DNA from: Mycoplasma mycoides subsp. capri
GTDB lineage: Bacteria > Bacillota_I > Bacilli_A > Mycoplasmatales > Mycoplasmataceae
Length of the DNA stretch: 32,000 bases
Assembly (NCBI RefSeq): GCF_018389705.1
Contig: NZ_CP065581.1
Coordinates: forward strand, 150,001-182,000
Direction: 5' to 3'
Shown here: positions 1-11,353 of the stretch, piece by piece
Position numbering within the stretch: position 1 is the first letter of the stretch
How the letters are laid out: the number at the start of each line of letters is the position of its first letter
Position numbers and translations under genes: made by a program
Notes under the pieces: generated by a model
What the model was told of the DNA's origin: nothing
The model's input: only the letters and a program-made list of their open reading frames with translations
Databases searched by the model: none

Positions 1-256
1 AATAACCAAGTTTGTTTAAGTGTCTAGCTGTTAAACCTGATCTGTTACCGTGATTACATACAAAAATTAGTTTAGTATCTAAATTAGGTCATCTCTTATT
101 AACGTTATCTAAAACTTCTGGATAAGAGATATTAGTACTTGGTAAAAATTTTTCAAAATTTTCATATTCATACTTATCTCTAACATCAATTACTTGTCAA
201 CCTTTATCCAATAATTCAAAAAATTTATCATTAGAAATTTCAATAGAATTTTTCAT
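1..256 (-). CDS. Rhodanese-like domain protein (partial, runs off the left edge)
   Basis: Reverse-strand code-4 translation from ATG at 256: MKNSIEISNDKFFELLDKGWQVIDVRDKYEYENFEKFLPSTNISYPEVLDNVNKRWPNLDTKLIFVCNHGNRSGLTARHLNKLG. It has VIDVRDKYEY and the CxxGxRS-like CNHGNRS active-site loop. Confidence 0.85.
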
Positions 257-334
257 TAAGCTCACCTAATAATATTTTACTTGCTAAAAATTCTTAAAAA
301 TATTATTGTAAAATATTTTAAAAGAGAGGTTAGT

Positions 335-778
335 ATGTCAAATCGAATTTATATAGGAAACGATCACAGTGCAGTTGAAATGAAACAAGCAATTGTAAAA
401 CATTTACAAGAAAAAAACTATGAAGTAATTGATCTAGGAAATAATGATGGTAAATCTTGTAATTATGCAAAAATAGGTCAAGTTGTAGCTGAACATGTTG
501 TAAATGATACTAATAGTAGAGGTATTGTAATTTGTGGAACTGGAATTGGTATTAGTATAGCTGCTAATAAAGTTAAAACCGCAAGAGCTGCTTTAGTTTA
601 TGAAAAAGAAACAGCTGAACTAGCAAGAATTCATAATGATGCAAACATCTTAGCATTAGGAGCTAGAATTATAGCAATTTCAAAAGCTATTAATCTAGTT
701 GATGTATTTTTAAATACACCATTTGAAGGTGGAAGACATATAGAAAGAGTTAATACTTTAAATGAATACAAAAATTAA
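335..778 (+). CDS. rpiB: Ribose-5-phosphate isomerase B (RpiB/LacAB family)
   Basis: [20 protein letters not shown]...[28 protein letters not shown]...[10 protein letters not shown]. The start at 335 is preferred over the track's 281 because an SD (aagagagg) sits just upstream. Confidence 0.93.
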   Translation: MSNRIYIGNDHSAVEMKQAIVKHLQEKNYEVIDLGNNDGKSCNYAKIGQVVAEHVVNDTNSRGIVICGTGIGISIAANKVKTARAALVYEKETAELARIHNDANILALGARIIAISKAINLVDVFLNTPFEGGRHIERVNTLNEYKN

Positions 779-2003
779 TCCATTAATTAAAGAATCATTA
801 AATAAAGAATTAAAAAGACAACAATCTCATATTGAATTAATTGCTTCTGAAAACTATGTTTCTCAAGCTGTTTTAGAATTAAATGGTTCTGTTTTAACTA
901 ATAAATATGCTGAAGGCTATCCTGGTAAAAGATATTATGGTGGTTGTGAATTTATTGATGAAATTGAAAGTTTAGGAATTAAAACAGCTAAAGAATTATT
1001 TAATGCTGAGCATGCTAATATTCAACCTCATTCAGGAAGTCAAGCAAATGATGCTGCTTATAAAGCTTTATTAGAACCAAAAGATCGTGTTGTTGCTATG
1101 AGTTTAGATGCTGGTGGTCATTTAACTCATGGATATCATATTAACTTTTCAGGAAATACTTATGATTTTAGATTTTATGGAGTTAATAAAGATACTGAAC
1201 AATTAGATTATCAAGAAATTGAAAAAATTGTTTTAGAACATCAACCAAAATTAATTGTAGCTGGAGCTAGTGCTTATTCTAGAATTATCGATTTTAAAAA
1301 ATTTAAAGAAATTGCAGATAAAGTTGGAGCTTATTTAATGGTTGATATGGCTCATATTGCCGGACTAGTAGCTGCTGGAGTGCACCCAAATCCAATGGAA
1401 TATGCAGATATTGTAACAACAACTACTCATAAAACTTTAAGAGGAGCACGTGGTGGATTAATTTTATGTAAACAAGAGTTTGCAAAAAAAGTTGATTCAG
1501 CAGTATTTCCTGGTTCACAAGGTGGTCCTTTAGAAAATCTAATCGCTGGAAAAACTCAAGCTCTTTTAGAAGCTTCAACTGATGAATTTAAAGAATATGG
1601 AAAACAAATTGTAAAAAATACTAAAGCTTTAGCTAATGTTTTACAAGAAAATGGTTTAAGACTAGTTGCTGGTGGTAGTGATAATCACTTAATTAATGTT
1701 GATGTTAAGTCTACTTTACAAATTACAGGTAAAAAAGCTGAAAAGATTTTAGAATCAATTGGCATTATTTGTAATAAAAATATGATTCCATTTGATACTG
1801 AAAAACCTTTTTATACTTCTGGAATTAGACTTGGAACTCCTGCAATGACAACTAGAGGATTTAAAGAAGAAGAATTTAAACAAGTAGGATTAATTATTGT
1901 TAATGCTTTAAAAGATCCATCAGAAGAAAATTTAGAAAAACTAGCAAAGCAAGTTAATAGTTTATGTGAAAAATTCCCAATATATCAAAATATTAAATAC
2001 TAA
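762..2003 (+). CDS. glyA: Serine hydroxymethyltransferase
   Basis: 413 aa. [42 protein letters not shown] and the PLP-lysine region [14 protein letters not shown]. It overlaps the rpiB 3' end by 17 nt. Confidence 0.98.
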   Translation: MNTKINPLIKESLNKELKRQQSHIELIASENYVSQAVLELNGSVLTNKYAEGYPGKRYYGGCEFIDEIESLGIKTAKELFNAEHANIQPHSGSQANDAAYKALLEPKDRVVAMSLDAGGHLTHGYHINFSGNTYDFRFYGVNKDTEQLDYQEIEKIVLEHQPKLIVAGASAYSRIIDFKKFKEIADKVGAYLMVDMAHIAGLVAAGVHPNPMEYADIVTTTTHKTLRGARGGLILCKQEFAKKVDSAVFPGSQGGPLENLIAGKTQALLEASTDEFKEYGKQIVKNTKALANVLQENGLRLVAGGSDNHLINVDVKSTLQITGKKAEKILESIGIICNKNMIPFDTEKPFYTSGIRLGTPAMTTRGFKEEEFKQVGLIIVNALKDPSEENLEKLAKQVNSLCEKFPIYQNIKY

Positions 2004-2007
2004 TTTT

Positions 2008-2035
2008 AAGTACTCTTTTTTTGAGTACTTTTTTT
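2008..2035 (+). terminator. Intrinsic terminator after glyA
   Basis: AAGTACTC-TTTTTTT-GAGTACTT followed by a T run. Confidence 0.85.
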
Positions 2036-2103
2036 AAAAAAATTTGCTAATTAGAATTATTTGTTATACAATCATTCGAGCGCATAAAAAAGGAGAACAT
2101 ATT

Positions 2104-2727
2104 ATGGCATTTACAGAAATTAAACATCCACTGATTATAGATAAGCTAACTAGAATGAGAAAAACTGAAACTTCTTCAAAAGATTTTAGAGAAAATCTAA
2201 ACGAAATAGCTCAATTAATGGTTTATGAAATTTTTAGAGATTTAAAATTAGAACCAGTTGAAATAACTACACCAGTTGCAAAAACTACAGGATATACAAT
2301 TAATCAACCAGTAGTTTTAGTTCCAATTTTAAGAGCAGGAATTGGAATGTTAGATGGGATTCAAAAATTAATTCCAACAGCAAGAATTGCTCATGTTGGT
2401 TTATATAGAGATGAAGAAACATTAGAAATTCATCAATATTTTGCAAAAACTACTAAAGATATTGATAAAAGTTATGTAATAGTAGTTGATCCTATGCTAG
2501 CAACTGGTGGAAGTGCATGTAAAGCAATAGATATTGTTAAACAATGAGGAGCTAAAGAAGTTAAATTTGTTTGTTTAGTAGCTGTAGAACCTGGTATTAA
2601 AAGGCTGCAAGAACAACATCCAGATGTTGAAATTTATGCAGCTTCAAAAGATGAAAAATTAAATGAAAAAGGTTATATCGTTCCAGGATTAGGAGATGCT
2701 GGAGATAGAATTTTTGGAACAAAATAA
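2104..2727 (+). CDS. upp: Uracil phosphoribosyltransferase
   Basis: [39 protein letters not shown]...[15 protein letters not shown]...[52 protein letters not shown]. 207 aa once TGA is read as Trp. Start at the ATG after aaggaga. Confidence 0.97.
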
Positions 2728-2739
2728 TTCATATTTATA

Positions 2740-2768
2740 AATGATACATTATGTATCATTTTTTTTAT
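2740..2768 (+). terminator. Intrinsic terminator after upp
   Basis: AATGATACA-tta-TGTATCATT followed by TTTTTT. Confidence 0.85.
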
Positions 2769-2866
2769 TTACTCTAAGTTATACACTTTAAAAAATAAAT
2801 GTTTTTTTTAAAAAGAGAGTAGAATATATATAAGGAGTTTCATATTTCAAGAAAGGTTCATTAACA

Positions 2867-3265
2867 ATGTTAAAGCAGATTTTTTTAGATAAACAACTGA
2901 AAAAAGCTTTAATATTTAACACTGTTTGATGATTGATACTTATTATAATTTTTATAGTATTATCAGTGATTAAAACACTAAATTGGATTAATTTAATAAG
3001 TTTAGTTATTGCTTATTTTTGCTCATATATAGCAATATTTTTATTGTTTTTAACTAAATTATTAATTATAAAATATCAAAATCCTTATTTAGTTTATTTA
3101 ATGTTCCTTTTAAGAATAGGTATATATGTTATTCCACTTTTTATTGCTTTGTTATTAAGTGATGAAAATATTTTTAGTTATTTAGGTATTTTAATTGGTT
3201 ATAGTTCAAATCTAGCAATACCATTTTTTATACATAAAAGACTAGAAAAGAAAGGAGGAACTTAA
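2867..3265 (+). CDS. atpI: ATP synthase subunit I-like membrane protein (AtpI)
   Basis: Code-4 ORF of 132 aa from ATG 2867 (MLKQIFLDKQLKKALIFNTVWWLILIIIFIVL...). Several predicted TM segments, immediately upstream of atpB with a 1-nt stop/start overlap. Confidence 0.7.
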
Positions 3266-4128
3266 TGAAACTAGTAACTTTTGCATCAATAAAAGATAAT
3301 TTAGCTACTTGAAATAAATTTAATGGAATTTTAATAACAATTCTATTAGTTGTTATTATAGTTTGTACAATTTCAATTATTTATAATAAAAAAGTTAGAA
3401 ATTATAATATTGATGATAAAATGCCAGGCTTTTTAGTACTAGTAAATGTTTTTGTAGCAAGTGTTGAAAATATCGTAGTTTCAATATTAGGTAAAAAATA
3501 TCAAAAACTTACACCTTATATAATGTATTTATTTGCATATATTTTTATAGGGTGTCTTCTTTCAATATTAGGTCTTGAAGCACAAGGAACTTCTTTTACA
3601 GTTACTTTATCTATGGGAATGGTAACTTTTATAATGATTTATTATTTTGGGATTAAATATCAAAAACTGGCTTTTTTTAAAAGATTTAGAAATCCAGTTG
3701 AATTATTTACTCAATTTACACCACTAATTTCTATTTCATTTCGTTTATTTGGTAATCTAATTGGTGGATCTATTATTTTAGGTTTATTATATGGATTATT
3801 AATTGGTTTTCAATTAAGTTGAGGTGTAAATAATATTGAAGTTGATGGAATGACAAGATGAGCTTCATATGCAATTTGAAATCCTGAATTAGTTGAAAAT
3901 GGTTATTTAAAACAATATGAATATTGATGAGCAGGACTGAACTTATTTACAACACCAATTATGCCATTTTTACATATGTATTTTGATTTGTTTAGTGGTG
4001 TAATTCAATCAACTGTTTTTGCAATGTTAACACTTTCATATTGATCTGCACAAATTGATGATAATGAAAAAAGAGCTGATTTAGTTGATCAAGTTAAAGA
4101 AGAAATAACTAATAAATATCAATCATAA
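3265..4128 (+). CDS. atpB: F0F1 ATP synthase subunit a
   Basis: Start overlaps the atpI stop (TAATG). Contains LFTPLISISFRLFGNLIGGSIILGLLYGLL, typical of subunit a. Rejoined across several TGA Trp codons, 287 aa. Confidence 0.93.
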
Positions 4129-4157
4129 TATTCTATTAATTAAAGGAGGAATATAAC

Positions 4158-4463
4158 ATGTTACACACAGCATTTATTTCAAATATTTTAGCTAATTATT
4201 TAGGAGCAATGTCAATAATTTTACCAAACATTTTAGCAGTTGAAGGAAATATTAAATACATTGGAGCTGGACTAGCTTCTGTTGGAATTTTAGGAACTGG
4301 GGTTGGGCAAGGTTTAATTGGACAAGGAGCTTGTTTAGCAATTGGACGTAACCCTGAAATGGCTTCAAAAGTAACTTCAACAATGATAGTTTCTGCTGGT
4401 ATTTCTGAATCTGGAGCGATTTATTCACTAGTTATTGCTATTTTGTTAATCTTTGTTGTTTAG
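4158..4463 (+). CDS. atpE: F0F1 ATP synthase subunit c
   Basis: 101 aa. [68 protein letters not shown] is a classic c-subunit hairpin with the membrane carboxylate in [11 protein letters not shown]. Confidence 0.97.
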   Translation: MLHTAFISNILANYLGAMSIILPNILAVEGNIKYIGAGLASVGILGTGVGQGLIGQGACLAIGRNPEMASKVTSTMIVSAGISESGAIYSLVIAILLIFVV

Positions 4464-4491
4464 ATTTGTTGTTAAGAAAGGATAATAAATT

Positions 4492-5037
4492 GTGTTATTT
4501 CAAGGTTTTAATGTAGTAATTAATGCTACAACTCAAGGTGTTCCAAAGATTGTTGAATCACTTTTTCCAAATTTACCAAACTTTATAGCACACTTATTAG
4601 CAACAATTATTTTAGTTATTGTTTTAACAAAATTAGTTTATAAACCATATAAACAAATGATTGAAAAACAAAGACAAAAAATCACTGAAGTATTAAGTGA
4701 TGCTATTGAAAAACAAACACAAGCAAACATTAAAATAAAGCAAGCAAATACATTATTAGAAGATGCTAAAACTGAATCAGTATCAATTTTAAAAACAGCA
4801 AGAATGGATGCTGAAATTCAAAAAAATAAAATTATTGATAATGCTAATTTACAAGCAAGAAACATTCAATCATATGCTCAAAATTCTATTAAACAAGAAA
4901 AAATTAAAGCACAATTAGAAATTAAAAATACTATAGTTAATTTAGCTATTAATTCAGCTGAAAAAATTCTAAATAAAGAAATTGATAAAAAGACTAATAA
5001 ACAACTTATTGAAGAATTTATAAAAGACCTAGATTAA
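4492..5037 (+). CDS. atpF: F0F1 ATP synthase subunit b (GTG start)
   Basis: 181 aa, an N-terminal TM followed by a long charged coiled coil (YKPYKQMIEKQRQKITEVLSDAIEKQTQANIKIKQANTLLEDA), in operon position. An in-frame TAA at 4486-4488 limits upstream starts. Confidence 0.93.
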   Translation: MLFQGFNVVINATTQGVPKIVESLFPNLPNFIAHLLATIILVIVLTKLVYKPYKQMIEKQRQKITEVLSDAIEKQTQANIKIKQANTLLEDAKTESVSILKTARMDAEIQKNKIIDNANLQARNIQSYAQNSIKQEKIKAQLEIKNTIVNLAINSAEKILNKEIDKKTNKQLIEEFIKDLD

Positions 5038-5038
5038 T

Positions 5039-5584
5039 ATGATTTTAAAAGAAACTACAATAAATAATTATGCAACTGCTTTATTTAATATTGCTGTTAA
5101 AGAAAAGTTAGTTGATGATTATATTATTCAAGTTGATGCTTTAATAAAAAGTTTAAAAGATAAAGATGAATTTAATAAGCTTGTAAGTTTTTCTAATAAG
5201 CAAGAAAAACAAGATGCTATTTTAATTATTGAAAATACTTTTAGCTCATTTGGGTTTGATATTTATCTAATTAATGCACTAAAGATATTAGTTGAAAATC
5301 AATTATTTATAAATACAAGAATGATTCTAAAAGTTTTATATAAAAAATTACTTGCTTATAAAAATATAGTTTTAGGTGAAGTATATTCAACTGAAAAACT
5401 AACTAAAACCCAATTAAATGCAATTAAGAAAAAAATTTCAAATAAAGTTAATAAAAAAGTTGAACTAGTTAATAAAATTGATCCAACTCTAATTGGTGGA
5501 ATAAAAGTTAGTGTTGAAGATAAAGTTTTTGATGGTTCTATTAAAGCTAAATTAGAAGCTCTTAAAAAGCAAATGAATACATAA
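5039..5584 (+). CDS. atpH: F0F1 ATP synthase subunit delta
   Basis: 181 aa. [15 protein letters not shown]... and C-terminal [42 protein letters not shown]. Confidence 0.95.
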   Translation: MILKETTINNYATALFNIAVKEKLVDDYIIQVDALIKSLKDKDEFNKLVSFSNKQEKQDAILIIENTFSSFGFDIYLINALKILVENQLFINTRMILKVLYKKLLAYKNIVLGEVYSTEKLTKTQLNAIKKKISNKVNKKVELVNKIDPTLIGGIKVSVEDKVFDGSIKAKLEALKKQMNT

Positions 5585-5595
5585 GGAGGTTTAAG

Positions 5596-7173
5596 ATGAG
5601 TTTTAATATCAAAGAAATCTCTGAGATGATAGAAAAACAGATAAGAAATTATAATAAAGAAATAGTTCAAACAGAACAAGGAACAGTTGTTAGTGTTGGG
5701 GATGGAATTGCATTAATTTATGGATTAGATAATGCAATTATGGGTGAATTTTTAAAGTTTCCAAATAACGTTTATGGAATGGTTTTAAATTTAGAAGAAT
5801 CAGCAGTTGGAGCTGTTATTTTAGGTGATGAAACTTTAATTAGAGAAGGAGATATAGTAAAAAGAACTAATAAAGTTGTTGAAACTCCAGTTGGTGATGC
5901 TTTATTAGGTCGTGTTATTAATGCTTTAAGCAAACCAATTGATAATCTAGGTCCAATTAATTTTACAAAAACTAAACCTATTGAAAGAGTAGCAACTTCA
6001 GTTATGGCTAGAAAATCTGTTTCTCAACCTTTAGAAACTGGAATTTTAGCAATTGATTCAGCTATTCCTATTGGTAAAGGACAACGTGAATTAATTATTG
6101 GAGATAGACAAACTGGAAAAACTGCTATTGCAATTGATGCTATTATTAATCAAAAAAACAAAAACGTTAAATGTATTTATGTAGCAATTGGTCAAAAAGA
6201 TTCAACTATTGTTCAAGTAGTTGAAAAACTTAAAAAATATGGTGCTATGGAATATACAGTTGTTGTTAATGCTGGAGCAAGTCAACCAGCTCCACTACAA
6301 TATTTATCACCATATGTTGGAATAACTATTGCTGAAGAGTGAATGGAAAATGGAAGTGATGTTTTAATTGTTTATGATGATTTATCAAAACATGCTGTAA
6401 GTTATAGACAAATGTCACTATTATTAAGAAGACCACCAGGTAGAGAAGCTTATCCTGGAGATGTGTTTTATTTACATTCAAGATTATTAGAACGTGCTGC
6501 TAGAGTAAATGAAAATTATGGTGGTGGTTCAATTACTGCTTTACCAATTATTGAAACTCAAGCAGGAGATATTTCAGCTTATATTCCAACTAATGTTATT
6601 TCAATTACTGATGGACAAATCTTTTTATCAAGTGAATTATTTAATCAAGGTATTAGACCAGCTGTTGATATTGGTCCTTCAGTTTCAAGAGTTGGATCTA
6701 GTGCACAAATTAAATCAATTAAACAAGTATCTGGAACTTTAAAATTAGAATTAGCTCAATATTATGAATTAGAATCATTTGCAAAATTTGGATCTGATTT
6801 AGATGAATCAACTAAAGCTACTTTAGATCAAGGTGCAAAAATTATTCAAATGTTAATTCAAAAACAACACAATCCTTTAGAACAAGTTGATCAAGCTATT
6901 TTATTACTAACAATTAAATCACATTTAATAAAATGATTACCTGTTGAAAGTATTTATAATTTCAAACATGAAATTTTATCACACTTTAAAAATGATAAAA
7001 ATGCCTTTGAACTTAGAAAAAAACTAGATGAACAAAAAACTTTTGATGATCAATTACAACAACAAATACTAAAAGAAGCTCAAAAAGTAGTTTTAAAAAT
7101 TACTAAAAATATTAATGAATATAAACCAGAAACATTTGGTAATATTTCAGAATATCAAAATTTAGGTAAATAG
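5596..7173 (+). CDS. atpA: F0F1 ATP synthase subunit alpha
   Basis: Walker [36 protein letters not shown]-like region, [37 protein letters not shown]. The track ORFs 5596..6342 and 6343..6936 plus the tail are one gene split at TGA, 525 aa. Confidence 0.98.
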
Positions 7174-7174
7174 T

Positions 7175-9452
<2,278 letters not shown>

Positions 9453-9453
<1 letters not shown>

Positions 9454-9752
9454 TGGGAATTAAATTAAAAATCTTAACACCTAATGGTACTTTTGTTGAA
9501 AATAAAGAAGTAGATATAATTAATCTTAAAACTATAGATGGAGATATTGGGGTTTTAGCTAATATGGCTCCATTTGTAACAGCTTTAAGAAATGATATTT
9601 TAAACTTTAAAGAAAAAAACACATATACTTATATACATGTTGATCAAGGCTTAGTAGTTATTAGTAAAAATCAATGTAAGATTATTACTGAAAATTTATA
9701 TTTAGTAGATAAACAAGACAGAGAACTACCTACTCCTTTAAAACTAACATAA
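9453..9752 (+). CDS. atpC: F0F1 ATP synthase subunit epsilon
   Basis: MGIKLKILTPNGTFVENKEVDIINLKTIDGDIGVLANMAPFVTAL. 1-nt overlap with the atpD stop. Confidence 0.95.
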
Positions 9753-9759
9753 TAAAATA

Positions 9760-9807
9760 AAAACCTATACTAGTTCTAAATTAATAGAAATAGTATAGGT
9801 TTTTTTA
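9760..9807 (+). terminator. Terminator of the ATP synthase operon
   Basis: AAACCTATACTA ... TAGTATAGGTTT followed by TTTTT. Confidence 0.85.
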
Positions 9808-9821
9808 ATGCTTGTTTAAAC

Positions 9822-11009
9822 TTATTTACCAGGTCTTTTAAATAAGCTAAATATAGAACCTTTTCTTCTTTCAACTTTAAAAAAGATAAAGAAGAATGCA
9901 AGAATAAAGAAGGCAATTACAATTAAAATAATAAAGATAATTAGAGATCTACGGTTAGCTTTTTTTTCTAAATCTTTAATTTTTTCATCAGATAAAATTG
10001 GTACTTGTCAATATTCTTCTAAGGCATTTTTAACATATTTAACTGATAATAAAACAATTATATGAATTAAAATTATAGCTAAAAATATACCTAATAAAAT
10101 GTAATAAGGTGTTAGTTGTCCTGGTTGAACAAAATATTGTTTTAAAGTTATTCTAACAACTGTTTCATGATCTTGAAGTTTAGCTGAACCTCATTTAAAT
10201 ATCACATACATTGTATAAATAATAGCAGCTACAATTAAATAAATATATGCAGCTAAACAAAATCAGTTAGCATAATATGGCTTTTTAATTTGTTTTTCAT
10301 ACATTTTTTTAATTAATAAAGGTGGAATACCTTCTTCTGGTTTTTTAGGATAAGGTATATGTAGTTTTTGAGCTTGATATTCTTCAGTTCTATGTTGCAT
10401 ATCTTTTAAATATTTATTATAGTTACTAAATAATGTTGAAGCTACAACGATATAAATAATACAACAAACACTAAGAATAGCTATTATTACAGATAAATGT
10501 CATACTTTAAAACCATTCATTGTAAATAATCAACTTTGAAGAGTTTTGTGATATTGTTTAATATTATTTGGATCGTATAAAAATTGATAATAGTGATTAA
10601 TTAAAAATACTGTAAAATAACCAATTAATCCTACTAAAATAAAAATACTAATAAATGATTTTATACTATTAAATCTAACTATTCTTCTAATTTTTTTATC
10701 AGGAATAAATTTAACTTGTTGATCTGAATTTGAATTGTTATATTCTACTTGTTGTAAATTATATTCTTGTTGGTCATAATATTGATCTTGATAATTTTGA
10801 TCATATCTATAATCTTGATCATAATATCTGTCATCATCATAATCACTATATTGATTTTGGTCATATCTATTATCATAGTACTGATTATGATAATTGTTAT
10901 TTTTATTATCATTTTGATAATATCTATCGTTTTGATTATTGCGTTGCGAATTATTAGATTGATAATTATTATGATTATTTCGATTATTAGATGAGTTATA
11001 ATCGCGCAT
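9822..11009 (-). CDS. Multi-pass membrane protein with Q/N/Y/D-rich low-complexity N-terminus
   Basis: SD aaggag upstream of MRDYNSSNNRNNHNNYQSNNSQRNNQNDRYYQNDNK..., about 90 aa of polar low complexity and then several TM helices (SFISIFILVGLIGYFTVFLINHYY, VWHLSVIIAILSVCCIIYIVVAS, ...). Code-4 ORF of 395 aa ending FFKVERRKGSIFSLFKRPGK. Confidence 0.85.
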
Positions 11010-11109
11010 TGATTTCTCCTTATTTGTAAGTATATTTTTATATAATTTTATAAAAATCAAGTAATTCAAATTATTTAACAACAAAACTTTTTTATTTAAA
11101 TATACAAAT

Positions 11110-11115
11110 TTGACA
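11110..11115 (+). promoter_or_regulatory. Candidate -35 (TTGACA) for the mgtA-like transcript
   Basis: Exact TTGACA. A weak -10-like GATAAC at 11134-11139 (18-nt spacing). A separate TATAAT at 11176-11181 lies just before the uORF. Confidence 0.35.
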
Positions 11116-11207
11116 ATTCTATTTTTTATTAAAGATAACTTATTTTAAATTGTATTATATATTAGGTTTTTAAAGTATAATTAAATAGTTAAGGTGGTGA
11201 TTATTTT

Positions 11208-11312
11208 ATGATAAGTATAGTTTTTTCAGTCGATGAGAGTCCTGAGTCCCATAGTAAGAAAAAATATCGATTAAATACTGTTATAAATAATCCCATAACT
11301 AGTGTTTTATAG
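11208..11312 (+). CDS. Candidate 34-codon leader peptide (uORF) upstream of the mgtA-like gene
   Basis: SD-like AAGGTGGTG precedes ATG by about 8 nt. MISIVFSVDESPESHSKKKYRLNTVINNPITSVL ends TAG 41 nt before the mgtA start. Confidence 0.4.
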   Translation: MISIVFSVDESPESHSKKKYRLNTVINNPITSVL

Positions 11313-11325
11313 GTGTTTTATAACA
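11280..11325 (+). promoter_or_regulatory. Stem-loop in the 5' leader of the mgtA-like gene
   Basis: Perfect 8-bp stem GTTATAAA (11280-11287)/TTTATAAC (11318-11325), enclosing an inner imperfect stem CCcATAA/TTATaGG. Confidence 0.45.
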
Positions 11326-11353
11326 TTATTTAATCCTGTAAAGGAGTGAAGAA

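Noticed and set aside
281-334. N-terminal extension of RpiB (MLKILKNIIVKYFKREVS)
   Set aside because: The downstream ATG at 335 has an SD and matches the conserved family N-terminus, so the extension is unlikely to be translated.
5356-5679. 107-aa minus-strand ORF opposite atpH/atpA
   Set aside because: Antisense to two strongly supported genes, F/L-rich shadow ORF.
10730-10994. Two overlapping plus-strand ORFs encoding very hydrophobic I/V/L- or H/Y/N-rich peptides
   Set aside because: They are antisense shadows of the low-complexity Q/N/Y/D tract of the minus-strand gene. No SD and biased composition explained by the opposite strand.
11221-11300. Possible M-box (ykoK) riboswitch or hammerhead-like core, because of GATGAGAGTCCTGAGTCCC upstream of a Mg2+ transporter
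   Set aside because: The sequence lacks the conserved M-box core elements I remember and has no hammerhead GAAA/cleavage-site pairing. Kept only as an unassigned structured leader pending a covariance-model search.
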